From: Longivirga aurantiaca
GTDB lineage: Bacteria; Actinomycetota; Actinomycetes; S36-B12; CAIYMF01
Length of the DNA: 32,000 bases
Direction: 5' to 3'
NCBI RefSeq assembly: GCF_042660085.1
Contig: NZ_JBHSTI010000008.1
Coordinates: 1,779,876-1,811,875 of the forward strand
Below the pieces are notes generated by a model that ran no database searches, was not told where the DNA came from, and was given only the letters and a program-made list of their open reading frames with translations. Both the position numbers and the translations under genes were made by a program. Positions 8,486 to 20,097 of this stretch are shown here, one piece after another; position 1 is the stretch's first letter; every line of letters starts with the position of its first letter.

Positions 8486-10083
8486 AAGCCTCCGATGATC
8501 GGGGCGAGGACGACCTTGACGATCATCGCCACCGGGTAGACGAGCGCGTAGCCGAGGTTCACACGCGGATCGGCGCGTGTCACGTCGTTGGCGTAGGCCA
8601 GCACCGCGGGCTGGGTCTGGGTGCCCGCCATGACACCGGCCAGCGTCGCCCCGTACGCCGCCGACACGCGCCGGGTGGCGATCAGGCCGACGGCGACGAG
8701 CAGGGTGACCACCGCGCCGGTCGCGAGCAGCCGCGGGCCGAGGTCGCTCGCCAGCGCGTCGGCGAGCGCGGCACCGGCGTTGGATCCGGCGTAGGCGAGG
8801 AACATGAGCATGCCGAGCTGGGTCAGCGTGGCCGAGACCGAGTGCGGCAGCGACCAGAGCACCGGTCCGGTGCGCTGGAGGCGACCCACGACGAGCCCGA
8901 CCAGCAGCGGGCCGCCCGCGATGCCGAGGGACACCACGGCGCCTCCGGGCAGCGGCACGTGGATCAGGCCGACGAGCAGACCGATGCCGAGGCCGAGGAA
9001 GAGACCGACCGGGTTGATGTCGGTCGCGCCGCGCTCGGAGTCGCCGAGGTGCTTGGCGACCTTCGCGATGGCCTCGGTCGGGCCGACGACGCGGACGCGG
9101 TCCCCCAGGGCGAGCACGAAGTCGTCGGTGGCGAGGATGTCGATGTCGCCGCGGCGCACACGGGTCGCCGTCACATGGAACTGGCCGGGGAGGTCGAGCT
9201 CGCCGATGGTGCGGCCGGCGATCGCGCGGTTCGACAGCGCGATGCGGCGGTAGTCCAGCGCCGTCCGGTCGGCGACCAGCCGCACCGTCGACAGGTGGCC
9301 GAGGTCGGAGACCACGCGCTGCACTGTCGGGCCGTCGCCGACCACGGTGATGATGTCGCCGCGCTGCGGGCGGTAGGTCGACACCGGCAGGTCGAGGGTG
9401 CCCGGGTGCCCGGGCTCGTCGCCGGTCATCAGCCGCGAGAACACCACGTGATGCTCGTAGCGCTCGGCGAGCGCGTCGAGGTCGGGCAGGTCGTCGAGGT
9501 CGACGCGCACCGACGCGCGCTCGAGCTGGGGCGGAGGGGCGCTGCGGTCGGCGGTGTCGGCCGGGGCCTTGGTCCGGGCCGCGATGCCCGCGGCGACGAG
9601 CATGCCGAGGACGCCGAAGAGGTAGGTCACCGAGTAGCCGACGATGGGCTGCTCGGACTGCAGCCGCTCGGTGCTCGCCGCGAGCGCAGGGGTGTTGGTG
9701 AGCGCACCGGCGTACACGCCGGACAGCACCGGGCCGGACAGCCCGAAGAGCGTGCCCGCCGCGATGGTGACGCCCGCACCCGCCACGAGGAGCGCCGCGA
9801 CGACCACGATCGTGCGACCGCCCGTGCGCAGCGCCGAGAAGAACGACGGGCCCGCCGCGACGCCGATGGCGTAGGCGAACAGCACGAGGCCGAAGGTGCC
9901 GACGATCTGCGGGAGCTTCAGCCGGTCGTCGTACGCCGAGAGCGCGAGCGCCAGGAAGAGCACCGCGGCGGGGCCGAGCGAGAAGCGCTTGAACGACAGC
10001 GCGCCGACGGCGCTCCCGACCGCCAGCAGCAGACACAGCAGGACGAGCGGGTTGTCGGCCAGGAGGTCTGCAAACGCTTTCAC
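8482..10083 (-). CDS. AspT/YidE/YbjL-type transporter with two central RCK_C (TrkA-C) domains
   Basis: 533 aa from GTG 10083; duplicated membrane halves flank soluble segments LDLPVSTYRPQRGDIITVVGDGPTVQRV and LDLPGQFHVTATRVRRGDIDILATDDFVLALGDRVRVVGPTEAI; second half contains GIGLLVGLIHVPLPGGAVVSLGIAGGPLLVGLVVG. Confidence 0.9.
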   Translation of the reverse strand: MKAFADLLADNPLVLLCLLLAVGSAVGALSFKRFSLGPAAVLFLALALSAYDDRLKLPQIVGTFGLVLFAYAIGVAAGPSFFSALRTGGRTIVVVAALLVAGAGVTIAAGTLFGLSGPVLSGVYAGALTNTPALAASTERLQSEQPIVGYSVTYLFGVLGMLVAAGIAARTKAPADTADRSAPPPQLERASVRVDLDDLPDLDALAERYEHHVVFSRLMTGDEPGHPGTLDLPVSTYRPQRGDIITVVGDGPTVQRVVSDLGHLSTVRLVADRTALDYRRIALSNRAIAGRTIGELDLPGQFHVTATRVRRGDIDILATDDFVLALGDRVRVVGPTEAIAKVAKHLGDSERGATDINPVGLFLGLGIGLLVGLIHVPLPGGAVVSLGIAGGPLLVGLVVGRLQRTGPVLWSLPHSVSATLTQLGMLMFLAYAGSNAGAALADALASDLGPRLLATGAVVTLLVAVGLIATRRVSAAYGATLAGVMAGTQTQPAVLAYANDVTRADPRVNLGYALVYPVAMIVKVVLAPIIGGF

Positions 10084-10199
10084 GACTCGAGCCTAGGCCG
10101 CAGAGGGGACGGATCGCCCGGGGCGCGGTGCGGAGTTGCCCATGTCTCACTCGATCCTCTGGCCGTGCGGATCCCCCACCCTAGGCCCGCGCGCCGGCC

Positions 10200-13748
<3,549 letters not shown>

Positions 13749-13817
13749 GGGCGCGCCCTCCACTTCTCACCGACGACGGCGACCCCTCGGCCCCTGCTTG
13801 GAGGCAGGCCGCGGATC

Positions 13818-13874
13818 GCCCTCCGGGTGGGACCGTGCTGCGCAGGGCAGGGGGAAGGCGGCGTCCCGGAGGGC
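13818..13874. repeat. Perfect 10-bp inverted repeat GCCCTCCGGG/CCCGGAGGGC in the AKR-dnaE gap
   Basis: Arms 13818-13827 and 13865-13874, 37-nt spacer, read directly. Confidence 0.7.
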
Positions 13875-13959
13875 TCTCACCCTAACCCGCGGCACCGACG
13901 GCTCCGGGGCCGCCCGGACGGATCCCAGGTGGCTCGGCGTGTCGGTGATCTTGCTCGGG

Positions 13960-14835
13960 TCAGGGGGCGCCGAGGGCGTCCAGCTCGGCGTAGGTGGGGT
14001 CGTCCAGGACGAGCTCGGCCGCGCGGCAGTTGTCCTCGACGTGCGCGAGCGACTTGGTCCCGGGGATCGGCAGCATCACGGGGCTGCGGCGCAGGAGCCA
14101 TGCCAGCGACAGCTGAGCCGGGCTCGCGCCCGTGCGCTCCGCGATCGCCCCGAGCGGTCCGTCGGGCGCCGCGATCTGGCCGCTCGCCACGGGGAACCAC
14201 GGGATGAAGCCGATGCCGTGCGCCTCGCAGTGCGAGAGCAGCGCCTCGCTCTGACGGTTGGCGACGTTGTAGAGGTTCTGCACCGTGGCGATGGGCACGA
14301 TCTCCTGCGCCGCCTGCAGCTCCTCGACCGTCACCTCGGACAGCCCCACGTGGCGGACCTTCCCCTCCTCCACGAGGGCTGCGAAGACGCCGAGCTGGTC
14401 CTCCAGCGGCACGTCCGGGTCGATCCGGTGGAGCTGGTAGAGGTCGATCGTCTCGACGCCGAGGCGGCGCAGCGACATCTCCGCGCACTGGCGGAGGTAG
14501 GCCGGGTGCCCGACGACGGTCCACTGGTCCGGCCCCTGCCGGGTGAAGCCGGCCTTGGTCGCGATCCGCACGTGGCCGTACGGGTGCAGGGCCTCGCGGA
14601 TGAGGTCCTCGGACACGAACGGGCCGTACGAGTCCGCGGTGTCGATGAAGTCGACACCGAGCTCGACCGCGCGGCGCAGCACCGCGACGGCGCCGGCGTG
14701 GTCGTCCGGCTCGCCCCAGCGGCCGGCGCCCAGGATCTGCATCGCGCCGTACCCGAGCCGGTGGACCGGGAGGTCGCCCCCGATCGCGAACGTGCCGGAG
14801 GCGTGGACGGGCTGGGCGCTGCGCTCGGGGCTCAT
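13960..14835 (-). CDS. Aldo/keto reductase
   Basis: 291 aa from ATG 14835: VHRLGYGAMQILGAGRWGEP...GVDFIDTADSYGPFVSEDLIREAL...IATKAGF...LRRLGVETIDLYQLHRIDP...KVRHVGLSEV...PIPGTKSLAHVEDN. Confidence 0.95.
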   Translation of the reverse strand: MSPERSAQPVHASGTFAIGGDLPVHRLGYGAMQILGAGRWGEPDDHAGAVAVLRRAVELGVDFIDTADSYGPFVSEDLIREALHPYGHVRIATKAGFTRQGPDQWTVVGHPAYLRQCAEMSLRRLGVETIDLYQLHRIDPDVPLEDQLGVFAALVEEGKVRHVGLSEVTVEELQAAQEIVPIATVQNLYNVANRQSEALLSHCEAHGIGFIPWFPVASGQIAAPDGPLGAIAERTGASPAQLSLAWLLRRSPVMLPIPGTKSLAHVEDNCRAAELVLDDPTYAELDALGAP

Positions 14836-14901
14836 ACCGGCATCCAACCGGATTCTGCGGCCCGCGCATTCCCCCGGCGTGGCGGGCACAGGTGCACCAC
14901 G

Positions 14902-15672
14902 ATGTCGGGGGAGGACGACATGGCCGCGACGCCGATAGACGAGTTCGTCACGCTGTACGAGGACCTGCACCGCAACCCCGAGCTCCGCTTCCAGGAGACG
15001 CGCACCGCGGGGATCGTGGCCGACCGGCTCCGCGCCCTCGGGTACGACGTCACCACCGGCGTCGGGCGCACCGGCGTCGTCGGCGTCCTCAGCAACGGCG
15101 ACGGGCCCACGGTGATGCTGCGTGCCGACATGGACGCCCTTCCCGTGGAGGAGAAGACCGGGCTGCCCTACGCCAGCAGCGTCCGCGCGGTCGGCGAGGA
15201 CGGCACCGAGGTGCCGGTCATGCACGCGTGCGGGCACGACGTCCACGTCACGTGCCTGCTCGCCGCCCTCGAGCGCATCGTGCGGGGCGAGGCGGCCGCG
15301 GCCGGCGCGCCTAGCGAGCCCGAGATCATCCCCGTGATGTCGGCCCCCGCGGTGGTCAACGACCCCGACGCGGTCGCGCGCACGTCAGCGGTCCTGGCAT
15401 CGGTGGCGATGGTGGTCGACCCCGGGGTGGTCACGGGCAGCGAGGACGTGGGCATGTTCGCCACGGCCGCCGGTGCGCCGTGCGTCTACTGGCTGCTCGG
15501 CGGCGCCGACCCCGCGCTGTCCACCGCTCCCCCGCTCTCGGAGGAGTCCATGGCCCAGCTGCGCTCGGTGCCGTCCAACCACTCGCCGATGTATGCGCCG
15601 GCACCCGTCCCGACCCTCGCGATCGGCCGCGACGCCCTGGTCGCGGCCGCGCAGGAGTGGCTGGCACCGTGA
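14902..15672 (+). pseudogene. M20-family (IAP/hippurate-type) amidohydrolase with an in-frame internal deletion
   Basis: MSGEDDMAATPIDEFVTLYEDLHRNPELRFQETRTAGIVADRLRALGYDVTTGVGRTGVVGVLSNGDGPTVMLRADMDALPVEEKTGLPYASSV...VPVMHACGHDVHVTCLLAALERIV | RGEAAAAGAPSEPEI...VNDPDAVARTSAVLASVAMVVDPGVVTGSEDVGMFATAAGAPCVYWLLGG...PSNHSPMYAP...; about 256 aa where family members are about 400 aa or more. Confidence 0.75.
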
Positions 15673-16292
15673 CCCCTGATGTCAGGGTCCGCCCGGCCCG
15701 GGCCGACGACGTCGCGGACCTGCTGACGATCTGCCTGCAGACGGGCGACGCCGGACGCGACGCCTCGTCGCTGCACTCGGACCCCGAGCTGCTCGGCCGG
15801 GTGTGGGCCGTGCCCTACCTCGACCTCGAGCCCGCGCACGCCTTCGTCGCGACTGTGGACGGCACGGTCGTCGGCTACGTGCTCGGAACGCCGGACACCC
15901 GCGTGTTCGAGGACCGCGCCGAGCGCCTCTACTGGCCCCAGCTGCGCCTCCGGTACCCGCTCGGCCCCGTCACGGGACGCACCGCGGCCGACGAGGACCT
16001 CGTCGCGCTCGTCCACGCGCCGCCGACGGCGCCTGCCGCAGTGGTCGAGCGCTGGCCGGGGCACCTGCACGTCGACCTCCTGCCGTCGGCGCAGGGGTAC
16101 GGGCTGGGTCGGCGGCTGGTCGGTCGCGTGCGCGGGTCGCTGGCCCGGGACGGCTGCTCCGGCATCCATGTCGGCGTCGACCCGCACAACGAGGCCGCGC
16201 TCGGCTTCTACCGGCACCTGGGGTTCGCGGACCTGCCGGCGACCCCAGGGGTCGCGTACCTCGGCGTACAGATGCCGCCCGGGCGGGAATAG
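15669..16292 (+). CDS. GNAT family N-acetyltransferase
   Basis: From GTG 15669 (GTGA overlap with the M20 stop): VTPDVRVRPARADDVADLLTICLQTGDAGRDASSLHSDPELLGRVWAVPYLDLEPAHAFVATVDGTVVGYVLGTPDT...HLHVDLLPSAQGYGLGRRLVGRVRG...GIHVGVDPHNEAALGFYRHLGF. Confidence 0.93.
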   Translation: MTPDVRVRPARADDVADLLTICLQTGDAGRDASSLHSDPELLGRVWAVPYLDLEPAHAFVATVDGTVVGYVLGTPDTRVFEDRAERLYWPQLRLRYPLGPVTGRTAADEDLVALVHAPPTAPAAVVERWPGHLHVDLLPSAQGYGLGRRLVGRVRGSLARDGCSGIHVGVDPHNEAALGFYRHLGFADLPATPGVAYLGVQMPPGRE

Positions 16293-16352
16293 GGGGCGGG
16301 GCATCGTCGTTGAGCCTTCAACCATCGACGACGACGAACCCAGGGGCAGCAC

Positions 16353-16781
16353 ATGAGCGACTTCCACGACTGGAACCAGCGGATCATCGCGGAGTTCCGC
16401 GCCAACAGCGGCAAGGTCGGGGGCCAGTTCGAGGGCGCCCCCGTCGTCCTCATGCACGGCGTCGGGCGCAAGTCCGGCAAGGAGACCATCCACCCCGTGA
16501 TGTACCTCGCCGACGAGAGCGACCCGGCGACGATCTATGTGTTCGCCTCCAAGGCCGGGATGCCCACGCACCCGGACTGGTACTGGAACCTCACGACCGC
16601 CGGTCGCCTCACGGTCGAGGTCGGCACCGAGACGTACGAGGCGACGGTGACCGAGCTGCAGGACGACGACCGTGACCGCGTCTACGCGACCCAGGCCGAG
16701 CGCTACCCGGGCTTCGCGGAGTACGAGGTGAAGACCGCCGGCCTCCGTACGATCCCGGTGCTCGCCCTCACCCGCGCCTGA
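16353..16781 (+). CDS. Nitroreductase family deazaflavin (F420)-dependent oxidoreductase, Ddn-like
   Basis: 142 aa: DWNQRIIAEFRANSGKVGGQFEGAPVVLMHGVGRKSGKETIHPVMYLAD...YVFASKAGMPTHPDWYWNLTTAGRLTVEVGTETYEATVTEL; hallmark FRxNxGKVGG...G..G.xSG and HPxWYxNL motifs. Confidence 0.93.
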   Translation: MSDFHDWNQRIIAEFRANSGKVGGQFEGAPVVLMHGVGRKSGKETIHPVMYLADESDPATIYVFASKAGMPTHPDWYWNLTTAGRLTVEVGTETYEATVTELQDDDRDRVYATQAERYPGFAEYEVKTAGLRTIPVLALTRA

Positions 16782-16796
16782 CGGCGACGGACCGGG

Positions 16797-17723
16797 TCAG
16801 CCCTGGCTGATGATGTCGAGCGCGGTCTGCAGGTCGGCAGGGTAGGTCGAGGAGAGCTCGACCCACGCGCCCGTTCCTGGATGCTCGAAACCGAGCCGCG
16901 TGGCGTGCAGCCACTGGCGGCCGAGCCCGAGCCGCTTGGAGAGCACCGGGTCGGCGCCGTACGTCAGGTCGCCGACGCAGGGGTGGCGCATCGCCGAGGT
17001 GTGCACGCGGATCTGGTGGGTGCGACCGGTCTCGAGGTGGATCTCGAGCAGCGACGCGTGCCGGAACGCCTCGAGCGTGTCGTAGTGCGTGACGCTCGGC
17101 TTCCCCTCGGCCACGACCGCCCAGCGCCACTCGTGCTGCGGGTGGCGGTCGATCGGCGCGTCGATCGTGCCGCGGAGAGGATCCATCACGCCCTGCACCA
17201 TCGCGTGATAGATCTTCTCGACCGTGCGCTCCTTGAACTGGCGCTTGAGCGAGGTGTACGCGCGCTCGCTCTTGGCCACGACCATGAGCCCCGAGGTGCC
17301 GACGTCGAGCCGGTGCACGACGCCCTGGCGCTCTGCGGCGCCCGAGGTGGAGACGCGGTAGCCCGCGCCGGCGAGGCCGCCGACGACGGTGGGGCCGGTC
17401 CAGCCCGGGGACGGATGCGCTGCGACGCCCACGGGCTTGTCGACCACCACGACGTCGTCGTCGTCGAGCACGACCCGCAGCCCCGCGACGACCTCGGGCA
17501 CGATCTGCACCGCGACCGGCTCGCCGGGCATGACGACCTCGAGCCACTGCCCGGCCGACACGCGCGCGGACTTGCCCACGACGTCGCCGTCGAGCGTCAC
17601 CTGGCCGTCGGCCGCGAGGTCGGCGGCCTTCGTGCGCGAGAAGCCGAACAGCCGCGCGAGCGCGGCATCGACCCTCTCTCCCTCGAGGCCGTCGGGGACG
17701 GGGAGCGTGCGGACCTCAGCCAT
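16797..17723 (-). CDS. rluD: RluA/RluD family 23S rRNA pseudouridine synthase
   Basis: 308 aa: N-terminal S4-like ([39 protein letters not shown]), then [16 protein letters not shown]...[30 protein letters not shown]...[12 protein letters not shown]. Confidence 0.93.
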   Translation of the reverse strand: MAEVRTLPVPDGLEGERVDAALARLFGFSRTKAADLAADGQVTLDGDVVGKSARVSAGQWLEVVMPGEPVAVQIVPEVVAGLRVVLDDDDVVVVDKPVGVAAHPSPGWTGPTVVGGLAGAGYRVSTSGAAERQGVVHRLDVGTSGLMVVAKSERAYTSLKRQFKERTVEKIYHAMVQGVMDPLRGTIDAPIDRHPQHEWRWAVVAEGKPSVTHYDTLEAFRHASLLEIHLETGRTHQIRVHTSAMRHPCVGDLTYGADPVLSKRLGLGRQWLHATRLGFEHPGTGAWVELSSTYPADLQTALDIISQG

Positions 17724-17729
17724 GCGTCC

Positions 17730-18284
17730 TCACGCCCGCGAGCCGTCGAGCTCGACGCCGCGCAGCGCCAGCAGCACCATGAGCGCGCTCGAGCAGACGA
17801 TCGAGGCGTCGGCGAGGTTGAACACGGCGAAGTTCGGGAACGTGATCCAGTCGACGACGTGCCCCTGGAACAGCCCGGGCTCGCGGAACACGCGGTCGAT
17901 CAGGTTGCCCACCGCACCGCCGAGCAGGCCGCCGAGCGCGACCGCCCAGCCGATGCTGCCGATCTGGCGCGACTTGCGGATGATGAACACCGCGACGGCC
18001 GTGGCGATGGCCGTGAAGACGAAGGTGTAGCCGGTGCCGAAGCTGAACGCCGCGCCGGGGTTGCGCAGGAACGTCAGCGTGACGAGCCCGCCGAGCAGCT
18101 CGATCGGGTCCTGACCCTCGAGGTAGCGGATCGCCAGCAGCTTGGTCACCTGGTCGAGCACCACCACGGACACGGCGATGCTGAAGGTGAGCCGGACGAG
18201 GTGGCCCTGGCGCGGGGACGGAGTTCGCGCGGGGACGTCGACGGCCTCCGCCTCGGCGGGTGCTGGCTGCTGATCGTCCTCCAC
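17730..18284 (-). CDS. lspA: Prolipoprotein signal peptidase (signal peptidase II)
   Basis: 184 aa with four TM segments: VVLDQVTKLLAIRYLEG...LTFLRNPGAAFSFG...ALGGLLGGAVGNLIDRVFREPGLFQGHVVDWITFPNFAVFNLADASI; catalytic NLIDR and FNxADxxI motifs. Confidence 0.97.
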   Translation of the reverse strand: MEDDQQPAPAEAEAVDVPARTPSPRQGHLVRLTFSIAVSVVVLDQVTKLLAIRYLEGQDPIELLGGLVTLTFLRNPGAAFSFGTGYTFVFTAIATAVAVFIIRKSRQIGSIGWAVALGGLLGGAVGNLIDRVFREPGLFQGHVVDWITFPNFAVFNLADASIVCSSALMVLLALRGVELDGSRA

Positions 18285-18332
18285 GGGACGCGAGCCTATG
18301 CGGAGCCCACCGATCCCGACGAACCGGACGAG

Positions 18333-19262
18333 CTAGCGGCGCTCCTCGAGCTGCTTGCACGACACGCAGAGCGTCGCCCGCGGGAAGGCCTGCAGGCGCA
18401 GCTTGCCGATCGGCCTGCCGCACCGCTCGCAGACGCCGTACGTGCCATCGGCGAGACGCGCCAGCGCGCGCTCGTTCTGCAGCAGCAGCTCGCGGGCGTT
18501 GTTGGCCAGCGACATCTCGTGCTCGCGCTCGAAGGTCTTGGTGCCGGCGTCGGCCTGGTCGTCGCCGGCTCCGTCGCCGGAGTCGCGCAGCAGGTCGGCG
18601 ATGCCCTCCTCGGCGTCGCTGATCTGGTGGTTGAGCCGGACGATCTCCTGCTCGAGCTCGGCGCGCACCTCGGACAGCTCGGACTTGGTCCACGGCGACT
18701 CGTCCTCGCGGACGGCGAGCTTGGGGGCGGCCGGCTTGGTGGGCCGCTGGGGCACCCGCGGCGCCAGCTTGGGCGAGGGGGGCTTGGGTGCGGGCGCCGC
18801 CTTGGCGGCCTTGGCGGCCTTGGGTGCCTTGGCAGGGGCGGCCGCGACCGGCGTCGCGGCAGCGGCCTTCGCGGGCGGAGCGGCCTTGACCGGTGCGGCC
18901 TTCGTGGCCGGCGCAGCCTTCGTGGCCGGTGCAGCCTTCTTCGCGGGCGCGGCCTTCGCGGGTGCAGCCTTCTTCGCGGGCGCGGCCTTCGCGGGTGCAG
19001 CCTTCTTCGCGGGCGCAGCCTTCGCGGGCGCAGCCTTCTTCGCGGGCGCAGCCTTGACGGGCGCGGCCTTCTTCGCGGGTGCAGCGGCCTTCGCGGGCGC
19101 TGCCTTCTTGGCCGATGCGGCCTTGGCGGGCGCGGCCTTCTTGGCCGGCGCGGCCTTCTTGGCGGGCGCAGCCTTCTTGGCCGGCGCGGCCTTCTTGGCG
19201 GGCGCAGCCTTCTTGGCGGGCGCAGCCTTGGTGGGTGCGGCCTTCTTCGCGGGCGCGGCCAT
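18333..19262 (-). CDS. TraR/DksA-type C4 zinc-finger protein with a long Ala/Lys/Pro-rich N-terminal tail
   Basis: 309 aa: MAAPAKKAAPTKAAPAKKAAPAKK... then ...PWTKSELSEVRAELEQEIVRLNHQISDAEEGIADLL...DAGTKTFEREHEMSLANNARELLLQNERALARLADGTYGVCERCGRPIGKLRLQAFPRATLCVSCK; GGAGG SD upstream of ATG 19262. Confidence 0.9.
   Translation of the reverse strand: MAAPAKKAAPTKAAPAKKAAPAKKAAPAKKAAPAKKAAPAKKAAPAKAASAKKAAPAKAAAPAKKAAPVKAAPAKKAAPAKAAPAKKAAPAKAAPAKKAAPAKAAPAKKAAPATKAAPATKAAPVKAAPPAKAAAATPVAAAPAKAPKAAKAAKAAPAPKPPSPKLAPRVPQRPTKPAAPKLAVREDESPWTKSELSEVRAELEQEIVRLNHQISDAEEGIADLLRDSGDGAGDDQADAGTKTFEREHEMSLANNARELLLQNERALARLADGTYGVCERCGRPIGKLRLQAFPRATLCVSCKQLEERR
18782..19262 (-). repeat. Degenerate tandem repeat encoding AAPAKK/AAPAKA units (DksA-like protein tail)
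   Basis: Repeated gcgggcgcagccttcttgg/ggccggcgcggccttcttgg units; translation is (K/A)KAAPA(K/A) iterations over about 160 aa. Confidence 0.9.
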
Positions 19263-19448
19263 GGCCGCCTCCTTCGGTTCCGGAGCGGACCCCCGCCCGC
19301 CGGGTCACCGTCCGACCAGCCTGGTGGAGCGCTCGTCGCCGGTGCACTCGCCCAGCCGGTCCGGACAAGTCACGTGAGGGTAGGTGCGAGCCGGTTCATG
19401 ATCAAGACGGCGCGCCGTTCGGACCCGCACGGTGACCAACGTCGCAGG

Positions 19449-19751
19449 TCAGCGGGCCGTTCCCGCACCGAGCACGGCGATCCGGGCGGTCAGATCGGCC
19501 GGAGGTTGCCGGATTTCGAGCAGTTTGTCCCGACTTGTCGCTCCGCGCAGCAGGGACACCTGGTGGGGGCGTACGCCGAGGGCCGCCGCGACCGCCCGCA
19601 GGACCGCGTCGGTGGCCGCGCCGTCGACCGCGCGGGCGCTCACCGCCACCACGAGCGGTGCGTCCGGGCCGTCGCCGTACCTGCCGCCGACCCGGGTGCG
19701 CGAGGCCCCGGGCCGCACCCGGACGGCCAGGGTGACGCGCTCGGGATCCAT
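19449..19751 (-). CDS. yggU: DUF167 / YggU family protein
   Basis: 100 aa: VTLAVRVRPGASRTRVGGRYGDGPDAPLVVAVSARAVDGAATDAVLRAVAAALGVRPHQVSLLRGATSRDKLLEI; DUF167 signature (RVxPGAxxxxV...GxANxxl.. xLxG..sRxK). Confidence 0.92.
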   Translation of the reverse strand: MDPERVTLAVRVRPGASRTRVGGRYGDGPDAPLVVAVSARAVDGAATDAVLRAVAAALGVRPHQVSLLRGATSRDKLLEIRQPPADLTARIAVLGAGTAR

Positions 19752-19802
19752 ACCTGCAAGCCTGGCACCTCCCGCGCCCGTTACCCTTCACCTCGAGGTC
19801 CA

Positions 19803-20092
19803 GGCACGGCGACGACGGGGACGAGTAGTCCCGCACGCAGCCACGAGCGACCCGGGGACGGTGCGAGCCCGGGGGTGTGCGCGGGGTGAAGATCACCCCT
19901 GAGCTGCCGGAGGATCCGCAGGCACGCCCTGCGGGGTAGAACCGGCCGCCTGGAGCGACGCGAGCGGGCGCTGCACGTCCCACGAGGACGAGCGGCGCCA
20001 AGGAGGGTGGTACCGCGGGGCCGCCGGCGCAACGAGCCGGGAGCCTCGTCCCTCCGTCGAGACAGCCCGTCCGGGCAGACGTACGACGGAGG
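19803..20092 (+). promoter_or_regulatory. T-box riboswitch (tRNA-Ile sensing), ileS leader, probably translational
   Basis: Specifier loop GGGG-acgaguag / ugaagAUCa-CCCC with AUC at 19892-19894; gAGCUGCC after Stem I; canonical T-box AGGGTGGTACCGCG 20004-20017; sequestrator CCTCCGTCG 20051-20059 / CGACGGAGG 20084-20092 covers the SD of ileS. Confidence 0.95.
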
Positions 20093-20097
20093 ACGCC

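Noticed and set aside
6686-8488. Candidate toxin-immunity or defence island
   Set aside because: Only one immunity-like ORF is present; no nuclease, helicase, RT, toxin or mobile-element gene is recognisable nearby, so a system-level claim is unsupported.
8147-10150. 667-aa minus-strand ORF as a single protein
   Set aside because: Most of it is an out-of-frame shadow of the AspT-like transporter (8482-10083); only the C-terminal about 113 codons after the transporter stop look real.
18782-19262. CRISPR-like or minisatellite repeat array
   Set aside because: Repeats are degenerate, coding and codon-phased (Ala/Lys/Pro tail); no spacer/repeat alternation.
16881-19889. 1002-aa plus-strand ORF opposite rluD/lspA/dksA-like gene
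   Set aside because: Antisense shadow; its central repeats (RGRSLLRGRGLRGC...) are the complement of the Ala/Lys/Pro tail repeat.
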